This document shows, piece after piece, positions 17,304-25,922 of a stretch of DNA of 64,000 nucleotides. Origin of the DNA: a virus. The stretch lies in IMG/VR virus record IMGVR_UViG_3300036859_000424. One strand, written 5' to 3'. Position 1 is the first letter of the stretch. Each line of letters starts with the position of its first letter. The position numbers and the translations under genes were made by a program. The notes under the pieces were generated by a model. That model was not told the DNA's origin and searched no databases. It saw nothing but the letters and a program-made list of their open reading frames with translations.

Positions 17304-18280
17304 GACTGTCGATCGACGCCATCGTGGTCGACCCGACCGTCCAGATCAGGGCGGCGAACGACCCCGACACCGTGCAGCGCTACGCCGAAGCGCTCGACGC
17401 GCTGCCACCGGTCGACGTGTTCCTGGTCGACGGCGCCTACCTGCTGGTCGACGGCTTCCACCGCGTCGAAGCGGCCGTCCTGGAAGGCCGGACCGAGATC
17501 GAGGCGGTGGTCCACCGGGGCAGTCGGCAAGACGCCATCGAATTCGCGGCGCTGGCCAACCTGGCCCACGGCAAGCCGCTGGATCGGGAAGAACGGAACG
17601 CCGCGATCCGCCGCCTGGCCGGGCTGCCGGGCGACGCCTGGTCCCACCAGCGGCTGGCCCAGCGGTTTGGGGTCTCGCGCCCGGTCATCAGTAAGTTATT
17701 CGCGGCCGACCGGGTGCGCGCGGAGGTTGTCGAACCAACGCGACTGAACGACTTCGCTACTAGTAGCGAAGCTGACGACCGCCTGACCGACAGCCACTAC
17801 GCCGAGATCAGCCGCGCGCCACGCGAGACCTGGCAGCCGCTGGTCGACGCGGCGGTCGAAGAAGACTGGGACAGTGTCGAGACCAGCGCGGCGGTCGCGA
17901 TCGTCAAGGACCCCACGGTCCCGGAGGCGGACAAGCAGGCCCTGTTGAACGGGGACGCCGACCTGTCCGAATTCGGCACGGACCGTCGCCGGATGCCGCC
18001 CGACCCGACGGCGCTGCCGGTGCCACCCCCGCCGACGTTCGGCGACGTCAAGCACGACATCGTGCGCGAGGTTGAAGCGACGGGCGCCGAAGGCCGGATG
18101 CTGCGCAACCTGCTGTATTCGATCGAGTCGGCCGGTCGCTGGCCGCTACCTGACCTGGTGCGGGGCCTGGACGCGACGGAACGCCGACAGATCCTGGATG
18201 ACCTGCCGGGTCGGATCGCCTGGCTGACGTCCCTGCGCGACGCGATCGACCGCGACTTGAAGCCCCTGGAGATGGTGTGA
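17300..18280 (+). CDS. ParB-like protein (ParB/Srx domain plus HTH)
   Basis: LPPVDV...YLLVDGFHRVEAA...ANLAHGKPL; HTH WSHQRLAQRFGVSRPVIS. Confidence 0.85.
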   Translation: MRLSIDAIVVDPTVQIRAANDPDTVQRYAEALDALPPVDVFLVDGAYLLVDGFHRVEAAVLEGRTEIEAVVHRGSRQDAIEFAALANLAHGKPLDREERNAAIRRLAGLPGDAWSHQRLAQRFGVSRPVISKLFAADRVRAEVVEPTRLNDFATSSEADDRLTDSHYAEISRAPRETWQPLVDAAVEEDWDSVETSAAVAIVKDPTVPEADKQALLNGDADLSEFGTDRRRMPPDPTALPVPPPPTFGDVKHDIVREVEATGAEGRMLRNLLYSIESAGRWPLPDLVRGLDATERRQILDDLPGRIAWLTSLRDAIDRDLKPLEMV

Positions 18281-18807
18281 TGACCGCCCCCGCGACCCCC
18301 GCGCGACCCCGACGGCGGGCACTGACGATCAAGGCGGCGACCGCCGCCGCCGTGCAGGAAGTCGAGACCTGGCCGGGCGAGTTCTCGACGGACGATGTGG
18401 TCGGGCTGACGCGCGGCTTCATGCGGGTCGGCGACGAGATCAAGTTCCAGGAGATCCTGTCGCCCGGCCACAGGCACAAGGAGCACCTGGACGTCTTCCT
18501 GCGGTTCCCGATGCGCGAATGGGTACTGGTCCGCCTGCGCAAGACCAGGGACGACCTGGGCCTGCGCAAGTTCATCTGCTACCGGATCGAAGGCCAGCGG
18601 CGACGCCACTGGCTGAAGGTCGACAACCTGACCCTGAACACCCTGGACTACCTGACCCGAGACCGCCACGTCCTGATCGAGAAGATCGGCCGACTGCTGG
18701 ACTACCTGGTGGCCGGGCGTCAGCGGATGATCGCGTTGGGGCCGGACGCCACGTTCGGCGACGTCAAAGTCGCCGTCTTCCGCGAACTGAACCAGGACTC
18801 CGCATGA
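18277..18807 (+). CDS. hypothetical protein
   Basis: Coupled ORF, GC3-rich. Confidence 0.75.
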   Translation: MMTAPATPARPRRRALTIKAATAAAVQEVETWPGEFSTDDVVGLTRGFMRVGDEIKFQEILSPGHRHKEHLDVFLRFPMREWVLVRLRKTRDDLGLRKFICYRIEGQRRRHWLKVDNLTLNTLDYLTRDRHVLIEKIGRLLDYLVAGRQRMIALGPDATFGDVKVAVFRELNQDSA

Positions 18808-18809
18808 GA

Positions 18810-19199
18810 TCAGCGCTGGCGGTCAGGGTGGTTTTCCAGCGCCCAGGTCAGACCGTTCGCCGTCGTCCGGTCGGCGCTGGCGCTGCCATGAGATCTAGGG
18901 CCGTACAGGGCGACCAGCCAGGCCGGACACCGACAACGGTTGAACGGTGGGTGAAACTGGTGGATCAATTCCGACTCAACGTCACGGCACGTCAGCGGGT
19001 CTTCAGCACGCCAGGCGATCCGTTCCGCGCCAGTCCGCGACAATCGCGCGATCAAGCTGTGGGACTGCCAGCGCTGGCGCAGGTTCAGCGACTGCCCGAT
19101 GTACAAGGGCGTCCCGTCGCCGGACAGCACGACGTAGACACCGGCGACCCGTGGCAGGTCCCGGCGCCGATTCAGTGCGACCGACGGCAGTCCGGTCAG
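18810..19199 (-). CDS. GIY-YIG nuclease family protein (start uncertain, probably CTG 19199)
   Basis: LPSVAL...DLPRVAGVYVVLSGDGTPLYIGQSLNLRQRWQSH...ESELIHQFHPPFN. Confidence 0.75.
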   Translation of the reverse strand: MTGLPSVALNRRRDLPRVAGVYVVLSGDGTPLYIGQSLNLRQRWQSHSLIARLSRTGAERIAWRAEDPLTCRDVESELIHQFHPPFNRCRCPAWLVALYGPRSHGSASADRTTANGLTWALENHPDRQR

Positions 19200-19393
19200 G
19201 ATGCCATGCGGCTGTACTGGGCCACTTCCTCCGGCTTCGGCTCGGTCTTGTCCTGGAGACGACTGGCCATCAGGTACTTCATCGCCGCGATCCTCGACGG
19301 AAAGCGGTACGTGAACCGGAAGTCGTCCACCAGGGCAAGCAGGTCTCGCTCCAGCGGCAGGTTGATGAACTGCTTGTCCTTGTCCCTGGCCAT
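19196..19393 (-). CDS. ribbon-helix-helix (Arc/CopG-like) regulator
   Basis: KQFINLPLERDLLALVDDFRFTYRFPSRIAAMKYLM; GGAGG RBS before ATG 19393. Confidence 0.8.
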   Translation of the reverse strand: MARDKDKQFINLPLERDLLALVDDFRFTYRFPSRIAAMKYLMASRLQDKTEPKPEEVAQYSRMAS

Positions 19394-19443
19394 CGGGTCC
19401 TCCCCCATCAATATATCGCATCCATCATGCCCCAGGTCTACAG

Positions 19444-19488
19444 TCGGTACCGACGATAGTACCAGATGGTGTATCCTTTCGGTACCGA
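19444..19488. promoter_or_regulatory. two TCGGTACCGA palindromes in the divergent RHH/Sak intergenic region
   Basis: Exact copies at 19444-19453 and 19479-19488. Confidence 0.65.
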
Positions 19489-19512
19489 TTATCCCAAAGG
19501 GATGGTACTGCC

Positions 19513-20310
19513 ATGCAGACCGACGACGACCAGCCATCCGAGATCTTGGACGCGACCCAGGACGACCAGACCGGCACCTGGACCGTCCAGCCGACCGACT
19601 ACCGCCAGCTTGCGCGCCCGTTCGACGTCGTGTTCCGCGACAACCGGGGCGGCGTCGAGTTCGACTACTTCACCGGCGAACAGGCGATCTCGCGCCTGAA
19701 CGAACAGGGGCCGGGCTTCTGGGACTTCGAGATCATCGAACACGGGGTCTCGTCCGACGCCGACGAATGCTGGGTCCTGGCCAAGCTGACCTGCCGGGTG
19801 ATCCAGGCCGACCCGAACCTGCCGGGCGAGCTGATGATCCAGCCCGTCGTCAAAATGCAGTTCGGGTCGCAAAAACTGAAAAGGGCGCGGTCAACCGGCA
19901 ACATCCTGGACATCGGGTTCGACCTGAAGGGCGCGGCGACCGATGCCCTGAAGAAGTGCGCCAGCCAGATCGGGGTCGGGACCTACCTGTGGCGCAAGGA
20001 GGGCGGTATCCCGGCCGCCCTGGACGACGGGGTCCCGGAGACCGCCCAGCAGGTCGGGCAGGGCGGCCGTCCGCGCCAGCTACCGCCACGGCGATCGGCG
20101 ACGGCACCGGCACCCCAGCCGGCCAGCCGCGAGTACCCGGACGACGAGACCGTCGGCAAGTACGAAGTGATCCGCGCCGAAGCCGTGACGCTGGGCTTCA
20201 AGTCGCCGTGGATCGACGAGGACCCCCGACGCTGGACGTTACCCCAGCTTGCCGGCTACCAGCGGCTACTGGAAAGCCACATCACGAAGCGTCAGGCGCT
20301 CGCCTCTTGA
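19513..20310 (+). CDS. sak: Rad52/Rad22-family single-strand annealing protein (Sak-like)
   Basis: YFTGEQAISRLNE...WDFEII...KGAATDALKKCASQIGVGTYLW. Confidence 0.9.
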   Translation: MQTDDDQPSEILDATQDDQTGTWTVQPTDYRQLARPFDVVFRDNRGGVEFDYFTGEQAISRLNEQGPGFWDFEIIEHGVSSDADECWVLAKLTCRVIQADPNLPGELMIQPVVKMQFGSQKLKRARSTGNILDIGFDLKGAATDALKKCASQIGVGTYLWRKEGGIPAALDDGVPETAQQVGQGGRPRQLPPRRSATAPAPQPASREYPDDETVGKYEVIRAEAVTLGFKSPWIDEDPRRWTLPQLAGYQRLLESHITKRQALAS

Positions 20311-20332
20311 CCCCGTCCAGTCCTGGACGCAG

Positions 20333-20360
20333 AGAGACCGGCCCTGGCAGGCCGGTCTCT
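20333..20360 (+). terminator. 11-bp hairpin after sak (probable terminator)
   Basis: AGAGACCGGCC-CTGGCA-GGCCGGTCTCT; weak U tract. Confidence 0.5.
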
Positions 20361-20368
20361 TCGCGGCT

Positions 20369-20455
20369 CGGGACGTCCCACGTGCTACACAAGCAGCACT
20401 GTGAGACATCTCACAAGCCCGACTCAGGGTCCAGTGTAGCACGTGGGACGTCCCG
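20369..20455. repeat. perfect 22-bp inverted repeat enclosing a TGTGA-N6-TCACA box
   Basis: CGGGACGTCCCACGTGCTACAC (20369-20390) and its reverse complement (20434-20455). Confidence 0.95.
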
Positions 20456-20471
20456 GCCGGAAGGGATTCCC

Positions 20472-20702
20472 GTGAAGAAGCGACACCGGAAGGCGATCGA
20501 CAAGGGCCGTCGGCACGCCAGTAATCTGGCCCCACCCGTCAGCATGGTCGTCAGGCGTCATCTGGACATGGTCGTACCCGTCGTGGGTGCGCCGTCAGCG
20601 TATCTCGGCGAGACCGTCTACCTCCCGTCCCCCGATCGCCCGGACTTGATCGTCAACGACCGTGCCAAAGACGCCGCGCTCGCCGCCCGTAGGGGGATCT
20701 GA
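20472..20702 (+). CDS. small basic hypothetical protein
   Basis: GTG start after GGAAGGG; TGATG coupling to the initiator. Confidence 0.6.
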   Translation: MKKRHRKAIDKGRRHASNLAPPVSMVVRRHLDMVVPVVGAPSAYLGETVYLPSPDRPDLIVNDRAKDAALAARRGI

Positions 20703-21739
20703 TGGTGGTCGCACATGAGCTGCCGATCGAATACACCCCCCGCGAGACCGGACAGCCGGGACTGCGCATGGTTGAGCCGTTCGTGATCCTGCGCAAGGCG
20801 ATGCTGTACGACCTGACGCTGACCCCCCAGCTCAAGATCCTGTACCTGGTCATCGCCGACCAGGCGTGGCGCGATGAGACCGGGACCTGCCGCCTGTCCC
20901 ACGGCGAGCTAGCCCAGCTAGTCGGCCGCGAGACCCGGACCGTCCGGGCGCTGGTCAAGCCCCTGGTCGACTGCGGGTTACTGGGCCAGAAGCGGACCGG
21001 TCCGACCCAGGCGAAGGCGTACTGGCCGATCGATCCGGGCGAACAGGTTGGACACCGGCCAAAAAATGACGGTGTCTCGGATCGGGACGGTGGACACCGG
21101 CCAAAAAATGACGCGACACCGTCAGAAAATGGACGGTCACACCGGCCAAAAAATGACGGTTATCTTAACCGGAGACCGGATCCGGAGACTCCGGAGATAA
21201 AAAGACCGGCGGTTGCTTCGCAACCGGCCGGTCCCGGCGGCGCGACAGAAGGTGAATTTTCTTCGCAAGAAGTTTCGACATCAAAGCCGCCGAAGCCACG
21301 GCCGTCTCCGTCGGCGATCGCCCTGTCGCCGGGTGCCCAGGCCGTCATGGACCACTACGCCGTGGAGTGGGGGGCGGCGCACCCGACCCTGAATCCGACC
21401 CAGGTCCGGCTGCTGGAGGAAGCGGTCGCCGAGATCGGCGCCGACGAGATCATGGCGTCGGTGACCTACCTGGCCGGCGACGGGGTGCGCGGGATCGACA
21501 AGGCCAGGCGCGGTGCCCTGAATCGGCTGGGCAAGAATCCGATCAGGGCTGGCCAGCTTGCCGCCGCCACCCGGGGCGACGATCGTCCGCCGTCTCGCTT
21601 CCTGGAGACCCGGGACCGTCAGGCTGGACGCGGCCGCTTCTACGGGGCCTCGCCGGTCGAACGCCCGTACGACGGCACCCGCCACGGTGGGGGGACCCGC
21701 GCCCAGAAGCAGAACATCCGCGAGAACAAGAGGTTCTAG
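20702..21739 (+). CDS. phage replication initiator (lambda O-like layout, N-terminal winged HTH)
   Basis: LKILYLVI...LSHGELAQLVGRETRTVRALVKPLVDCGLL; internal iterons; followed by a DnaC-like loader. Confidence 0.85.
   Translation: MVVAHELPIEYTPRETGQPGLRMVEPFVILRKAMLYDLTLTPQLKILYLVIADQAWRDETGTCRLSHGELAQLVGRETRTVRALVKPLVDCGLLGQKRTGPTQAKAYWPIDPGEQVGHRPKNDGVSDRDGGHRPKNDATPSENGRSHRPKNDGYLNRRPDPETPEIKRPAVASQPAGPGGATEGEFSSQEVSTSKPPKPRPSPSAIALSPGAQAVMDHYAVEWGAAHPTLNPTQVRLLEEAVAEIGADEIMASVTYLAGDGVRGIDKARRGALNRLGKNPIRAGQLAAATRGDDRPPSRFLETRDRQAGRGRFYGASPVERPYDGTRHGGGTRAQKQNIRENKRF
21052..21158 (+). repeat. iterons inside the initiator gene (probable replication origin)
   Basis: ACACCGGCCAAAAAATGACG exact at 21052, 21094 and 21139; degenerate copy at 21116. 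Confidence 0.9.
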
Positions 21740-21740
21740 G

Positions 21741-22889
21741 ATGGCCGTCGAGCGCGAGCTACGCCACATCGGGGCGCACGCGGCCGACTACACGGCCGGC
21801 GTGACGTTCGACCTGGACGCGCTGAAGGCCGGGGCATCAGACGCGGTCTCGCCGTTCGACCTGTTCTCAGCCGGCCCGCCGCTGCACTGCCAGCAGATGC
21901 TCAATCGGGTCGATCGGGCGATCGCTGGCTACGTTGACGCCGACAAGAAGCCGCCGAAAGAGCTGCTTAGAGACCGTGACGCCGCTGCTAAGAAGCTGGC
22001 GATCGCCCAGCGGGCGGCCGAGCTGGCGATGGCGCGCCAGGACGCCTGGCCGGGCTGCGTCTGCCTGGGTTTCGGTGGCCGCTGGCCGAAGGAAGGGCTC
22101 TCGTTCAGGACCCCCGACGGCCGGATCCTGGCCGACCCGACCGTCACGACGTTCCGCGACATCTGCCCCTGCCCGCTGGGCGACGACGCTCGCGCCCGGA
22201 TTGAGGCCGCCAGGACGGCCCTGCTGGCTGACGATCGCGCCCGCCGGCTGGACAAGCTGTGGCGCGACCTGAAGATGCCGGAGCTACCGGACTGGGTCAG
22301 CCTGGACAGTCACCCGGACCGGGTCAAGATCGGCCTGGTGCGGCGCTGGTGGGACGGTCAGTTCAAGCCGGGGCTGGTGATCGCCGGCGAGAATCAGGTC
22401 GGCAAGTCGGTCACGGCGTACCTGCTGGCCCGCGAGGCGATCCTTCGTCAGCGGGGTTGTATCGCGATGACGGTGCCCGACCTGCTGGACCGGCTGCGCG
22501 AGACGTTCAACCACGACCAGCGGCTGAAATCAGACCCGGAGCAGCCGGTCCAGGTCACCCACCAGACCCTGATCAAGTCGCTCCAGGAAGTCCAGTTCCT
22601 GCTGCTGGACGATCTCGGCGCCGAGAAGATGACCGAGTACGTCGAGACGGCCCTGTGGCAGATCTTGAACGGCCGCGCCGACAACGCCCGCGACCCCCAC
22701 GACGGGCGGATCAAGCTGTGGACCGTCATCACCACGAACCTGCGCAAGGAAGCGTTGCTGGGCCACTACGGGCCACGGATCTACTCGCGGATCAGCCACC
22801 TGTGCGACCGGGTCGTCTTTGAAGGCGACGCGCTGGGGCCGGCCGAACGGGGACTCCAAGATCTCGAAGACCTGGCTGAGGGTACATGA
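21741..22889 (+). CDS. DnaC/IstB-like AAA+ helicase loader
   Basis: Walker A GENQVGKS, Walker B LLLDDLGAE, TVITTNL, RIYSRI. Confidence 0.9.
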   Translation: MAVERELRHIGAHAADYTAGVTFDLDALKAGASDAVSPFDLFSAGPPLHCQQMLNRVDRAIAGYVDADKKPPKELLRDRDAAAKKLAIAQRAAELAMARQDAWPGCVCLGFGGRWPKEGLSFRTPDGRILADPTVTTFRDICPCPLGDDARARIEAARTALLADDRARRLDKLWRDLKMPELPDWVSLDSHPDRVKIGLVRRWWDGQFKPGLVIAGENQVGKSVTAYLLAREAILRQRGCIAMTVPDLLDRLRETFNHDQRLKSDPEQPVQVTHQTLIKSLQEVQFLLLDDLGAEKMTEYVETALWQILNGRADNARDPHDGRIKLWTVITTNLRKEALLGHYGPRIYSRISHLCDRVVFEGDALGPAERGLQDLEDLAEGT

Positions 22890-24187
22890 CGATCGATCGC
22901 CGGCTTCTGCTGCCCCAGGACGTTCCGACTGCTGCGTTCGCTGGGACGGACGACAACCCGACCCTGCTGGTGACCGCCGATGAGCGGTACTACGTCACCG
23001 AGACCGCGACCGGCCTGCGGTTCCGCCCTGACACCCCGCTTGCGGTCTGGGCCGGCCTGACCTCGCGGCTGATCCGCGCCCACAAGCGCCTGGAATTCGC
23101 GCTGGCCGACGCGATCAACTTCGGGCGCGACTACGGCGAGAAGTACGCCCAGTGGGTCCACGAATCCGGGCTGTCGGTCCAGACCCTGCATGACATCGCC
23201 TGGGTCGGCCGCCGGATCGAGCCCTCGCGCCGGCGCGAGGATATCTCATTTGCCCACCACCGCGAAGTCGCGGCCCTGCCGCCGGTGATGCAGGACGCGA
23301 TCCTGGACATCGCCGAAGAGAAGGGCTGGAAGCGCGAGGACGTTCGCCGGGCGGCCGGCGAGGCCCGCGCCCAGATCAAGGCGAATGAACGGGCGCAGCT
23401 TCCGCCGCCGACGATCGTCCCCAGTTGCCAGATCGCCGTCGGCGACGCCCGCCGCATGGATCTGGGCGACGACATGGTCGACCTGATCGTGACCTCGCCG
23501 CCGTACGCGCTGGGGAAGCGGTACCTGAAGGGCGACATCGCGGTCGATCAGTGGCGCGCGTTGATGCAGGACTGGTTGACCGAAGCGTACCGGTACACCA
23601 AGCCAGGCGGCCGGCTGGCGCTGAACGTGCCGCTGGACACCGCCCCGATCGCCGAAGACCCGGCCACCGGCCAGCCCTACGTGCCGGCCCGGCCGACCTA
23701 CGCCCAGGCCCTGACCGACGCCCAGCGGGCCGGCTGGACCTACCGCAACACGATCGTCTGGCACGACGACCAGTTGGGCAAGTCGACCGCCCGGGGGTCC
23801 CGAGACAGCGCGGCCAGCCCGTTCATCTACTTCCCCGGCGAAGTGATCATCCTGCTGTTCAAGGGTGACGAATGGGGGCAGACCCGGACCGACGTCTCGT
23901 CCGACCTCTCCCACGAAGGGTGGCTGATCTGGACCAACGGCTACTGGCCGGTCCGAGGCGAGACCAACGCGGTCGACGGCCACCCGGCCCCGTTCCCGAT
24001 CGAGATCCCGCGCCGGCTGATCTACCTGCTGTCGTTCCCGGGTGACCTGGTGGTGGACCCGTTCGTCGGATCGGGGACCACCGCCGAAGCGGCGGCCGTC
24101 GCCGGCCGCCGCTTCTACGGCACCGACACCGAAGAGAGCTACGTGCTGTCAGCCAGGCGGCGCGTGGCGGAAAGGATCGCTGCATGA
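22886..24187 (+). CDS. LmbU-like DNA-binding domain fused to a beta-class N4C/N6A DNA methyltransferase
   Basis: GLSVQTLHDIAWVGRR...RRREDISFAHHREVAAL; DLIVTSPPY; HPAPFP; LVVDPFVGSGTT. Confidence 0.85.
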   Translation: MTIDRRLLLPQDVPTAAFAGTDDNPTLLVTADERYYVTETATGLRFRPDTPLAVWAGLTSRLIRAHKRLEFALADAINFGRDYGEKYAQWVHESGLSVQTLHDIAWVGRRIEPSRRREDISFAHHREVAALPPVMQDAILDIAEEKGWKREDVRRAAGEARAQIKANERAQLPPPTIVPSCQIAVGDARRMDLGDDMVDLIVTSPPYALGKRYLKGDIAVDQWRALMQDWLTEAYRYTKPGGRLALNVPLDTAPIAEDPATGQPYVPARPTYAQALTDAQRAGWTYRNTIVWHDDQLGKSTARGSRDSAASPFIYFPGEVIILLFKGDEWGQTRTDVSSDLSHEGWLIWTNGYWPVRGETNAVDGHPAPFPIEIPRRLIYLLSFPGDLVVDPFVGSGTTAEAAAVAGRRFYGTDTEESYVLSARRRVAERIAA

Positions 24188-24405
24188 CCGACGTCAAGAT
24201 CCCCGACCACCTGCGCGGCGTGCTGCCGGGGCAGCATGAGCTGCGGCTGTTGCGGGCCTACCGCCAGCGGCCCCGGCAGCGGTGCAGTCTCGAAGACTAC
24301 GCCGACGGCTACCTGGCGGCGCTGAGAGACAACGGCCTGGTGACCGTCCACGCCAACCTGCCGGCCGGGGTCGACCCGGCCAGTGTGGTCCGCACCGTCC
24401 GATGA
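24184..24405 (+). CDS. hypothetical protein
   Basis: ATGA coupling. Confidence 0.7.
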   Translation: MTDVKIPDHLRGVLPGQHELRLLRAYRQRPRQRCSLEDYADGYLAALRDNGLVTVHANLPAGVDPASVVRTVR

Positions 24406-24599
24406 AGGGCCGTAAGCAGGTGAGGCGCTGCGACTTCATCATCGAATTGCCAGGTGGTGCGCTTTACCCATGCGGGCGCCACACGAAGGACCGGAGGACG
24501 TCGAAGTGTCAGCAGCACGTCGCCGACGCGGACCGTCCCCGGACAGCTACCGCGTCGGCAGACAGGCGATGGGCCAGCGGAAGGGGATCGGCGGCATGA
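24402..24599 (+). CDS. small Cys/His protein
   Basis: ATGA coupling; RC...PCGRH...KCQQH. Confidence 0.55.
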   Translation: MKGRKQVRRCDFIIELPGGALYPCGRHTKDRRTSKCQQHVADADRPRTATASADRRWASGRGSAA

Positions 24600-24751
24600 A
24601 GTTCCGCGCCCCACGGGCCACCAGCGCGTCGTACGTGGCCAAAACCATGTTCAACGACACGAAGGACAGGGCGGCGGCCCAGACGGGCACCAAGACGATC
24701 CGGGCACGTAGGAAGACGGAGCGACAGAACAAGAAGCGAGGACGGAAGTGA
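24569..24751 (+). CDS. small highly basic protein
   Basis: MGQRKGIGG...RKTERQNKKRGRK; GTGA coupling to next gene. Confidence 0.6.
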   Translation: MGQRKGIGGMKFRAPRATSASYVAKTMFNDTKDRAAAQTGTKTIRARRKTERQNKKRGRK

Positions 24752-25098
24752 CACGACGGCAACGGTTTGGCCAGGGCGACGCCTGGCTGCGCGAGTACGT
24801 CAAGGAGATCTCGGCCAGGGAGATCGATAAGCTGGTCGGGTCGGCCGTGATGGTCGGAGTCTGGGACGACAGCGACTGGGACACCGCCCGACTGATGTTC
24901 GCGACCCAGGTGGGGATCATGCTGCTGCTGGGCAAGCCGCTGGTGCTGTGCGTCGAACCGGGCGGCACGGTGCCGCCCGGCCTGGCCAGGGCCTGCGAAG
25001 CGGTCATCACCGACTACGACGGCAGCCCGCTGAAGAAAGACGAGCTGGCCGGGGTGGTGGTGGCCCTGCGGGAGAAGCTCGATGGACCGGCCCCGTAA
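24748..25098 (+). CDS. hypothetical protein
   Basis: GC3-rich coupled ORF. Confidence 0.75.
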   Translation: MTRRQRFGQGDAWLREYVKEISAREIDKLVGSAVMVGVWDDSDWDTARLMFATQVGIMLLLGKPLVLCVEPGGTVPPGLARACEAVITDYDGSPLKKDELAGVVVALREKLDGPAP

Positions 25099-25221
25099 GC
25101 GCGCCTGGCAGCGCGACCCGCCGAAGCGACCCCATAAGCCCAGCAGCCAGGTGCGGGGTGCGCGGACGCTGAATCGTCAGCACTGGCGCAAGGCCGCCAG
25201 TCTCGACAGAAAGTAGGGCCT

Positions 25222-25497
25222 TTGACCGAACGGACCGACCCCCGCAACCGGCGCGACTATCGCTGCCGGGGCTGCGGGGTAGAAGCGCCAGCCGAAGTCC
25301 AGGGCAGCAGTGTGTCGATGCCGGTCGGCTGGTACAGCGTGATGCGCCAGGTGGGGATCGGCTACCGGGGCCAGCGGGTGGGGATCTACTGCTCGCCAGC
25401 CTGCGTCGGACGGGCGATGCCGGAAGTCTCCGAGACGGCGGCCCAGATGGGGGATAGCTGGCTTGAGTTCGCGCGATCGGAAAGTGCCTGGCGATGA
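25222..25497 (+). CDS. zinc-binding hypothetical protein
   Basis: TTG start; YRCRGC...YCSPAC. Confidence 0.65.
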   Translation: MTERTDPRNRRDYRCRGCGVEAPAEVQGSSVSMPVGWYSVMRQVGIGYRGQRVGIYCSPACVGRAMPEVSETAAQMGDSWLEFARSESAWR

Positions 25498-25922
25498 CGG
25501 TACCACTGGAGAACCGACCGGTGCTGCCGGTCCCGCACAGCGACCTGCGCCTGGCCGACGGGCGCCGGCTGAAGCTGTGGGGGCCAGGCGATCCGCGCCG
25601 CTTCCGGATGCGCGGCAACCCGTTGGCCCCGTTCGCCGACTTCGAGGGCTGGGACGGCCCCCAGCAGTTGATCGTGCTGTGCACCCTGGACCTGACCCAC
25701 CTGGGGCCGTTGCTGCACGCGTCGGTCAGCTACCAGAAGCGAGACCCAACCTGGGCCGACCTGAAGGCGGTCCGGTACGCGATCTTCCCGCGCGATATCG
25801 ACGTGATGTGTGTTCTCCCCCGGGATGAGCTGTACGTGTCGGGGGTAGAGGGCGCACCGGGCGGGATGGACAGCCACGTCTTCCACCTGTCCCAGACCCC
25901 CCAACGATGGGAGATGCTGTAG
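25494..25922 (+). CDS. conserved phage protein, same family as 4858-5505
   Basis: LLHASVS...PTWADLKAVR...LP...HVFHL. Confidence 0.65.
   Translation: MTVPLENRPVLPVPHSDLRLADGRRLKLWGPGDPRRFRMRGNPLAPFADFEGWDGPQQLIVLCTLDLTHLGPLLHASVSYQKRDPTWADLKAVRYAIFPRDIDVMCVLPRDELYVSGVEGAPGGMDSHVFHLSQTPQRWEML

Noticed and set aside
18519-20702. 727-aa plus-strand ORF
   Set aside because: Shadow frame typical of high GC. It spans the GIY-YIG, RHH and sak genes and regulatory DNA, and reads as Arg/Pro/Gly-rich nonsense; only its last 76 codons look real.
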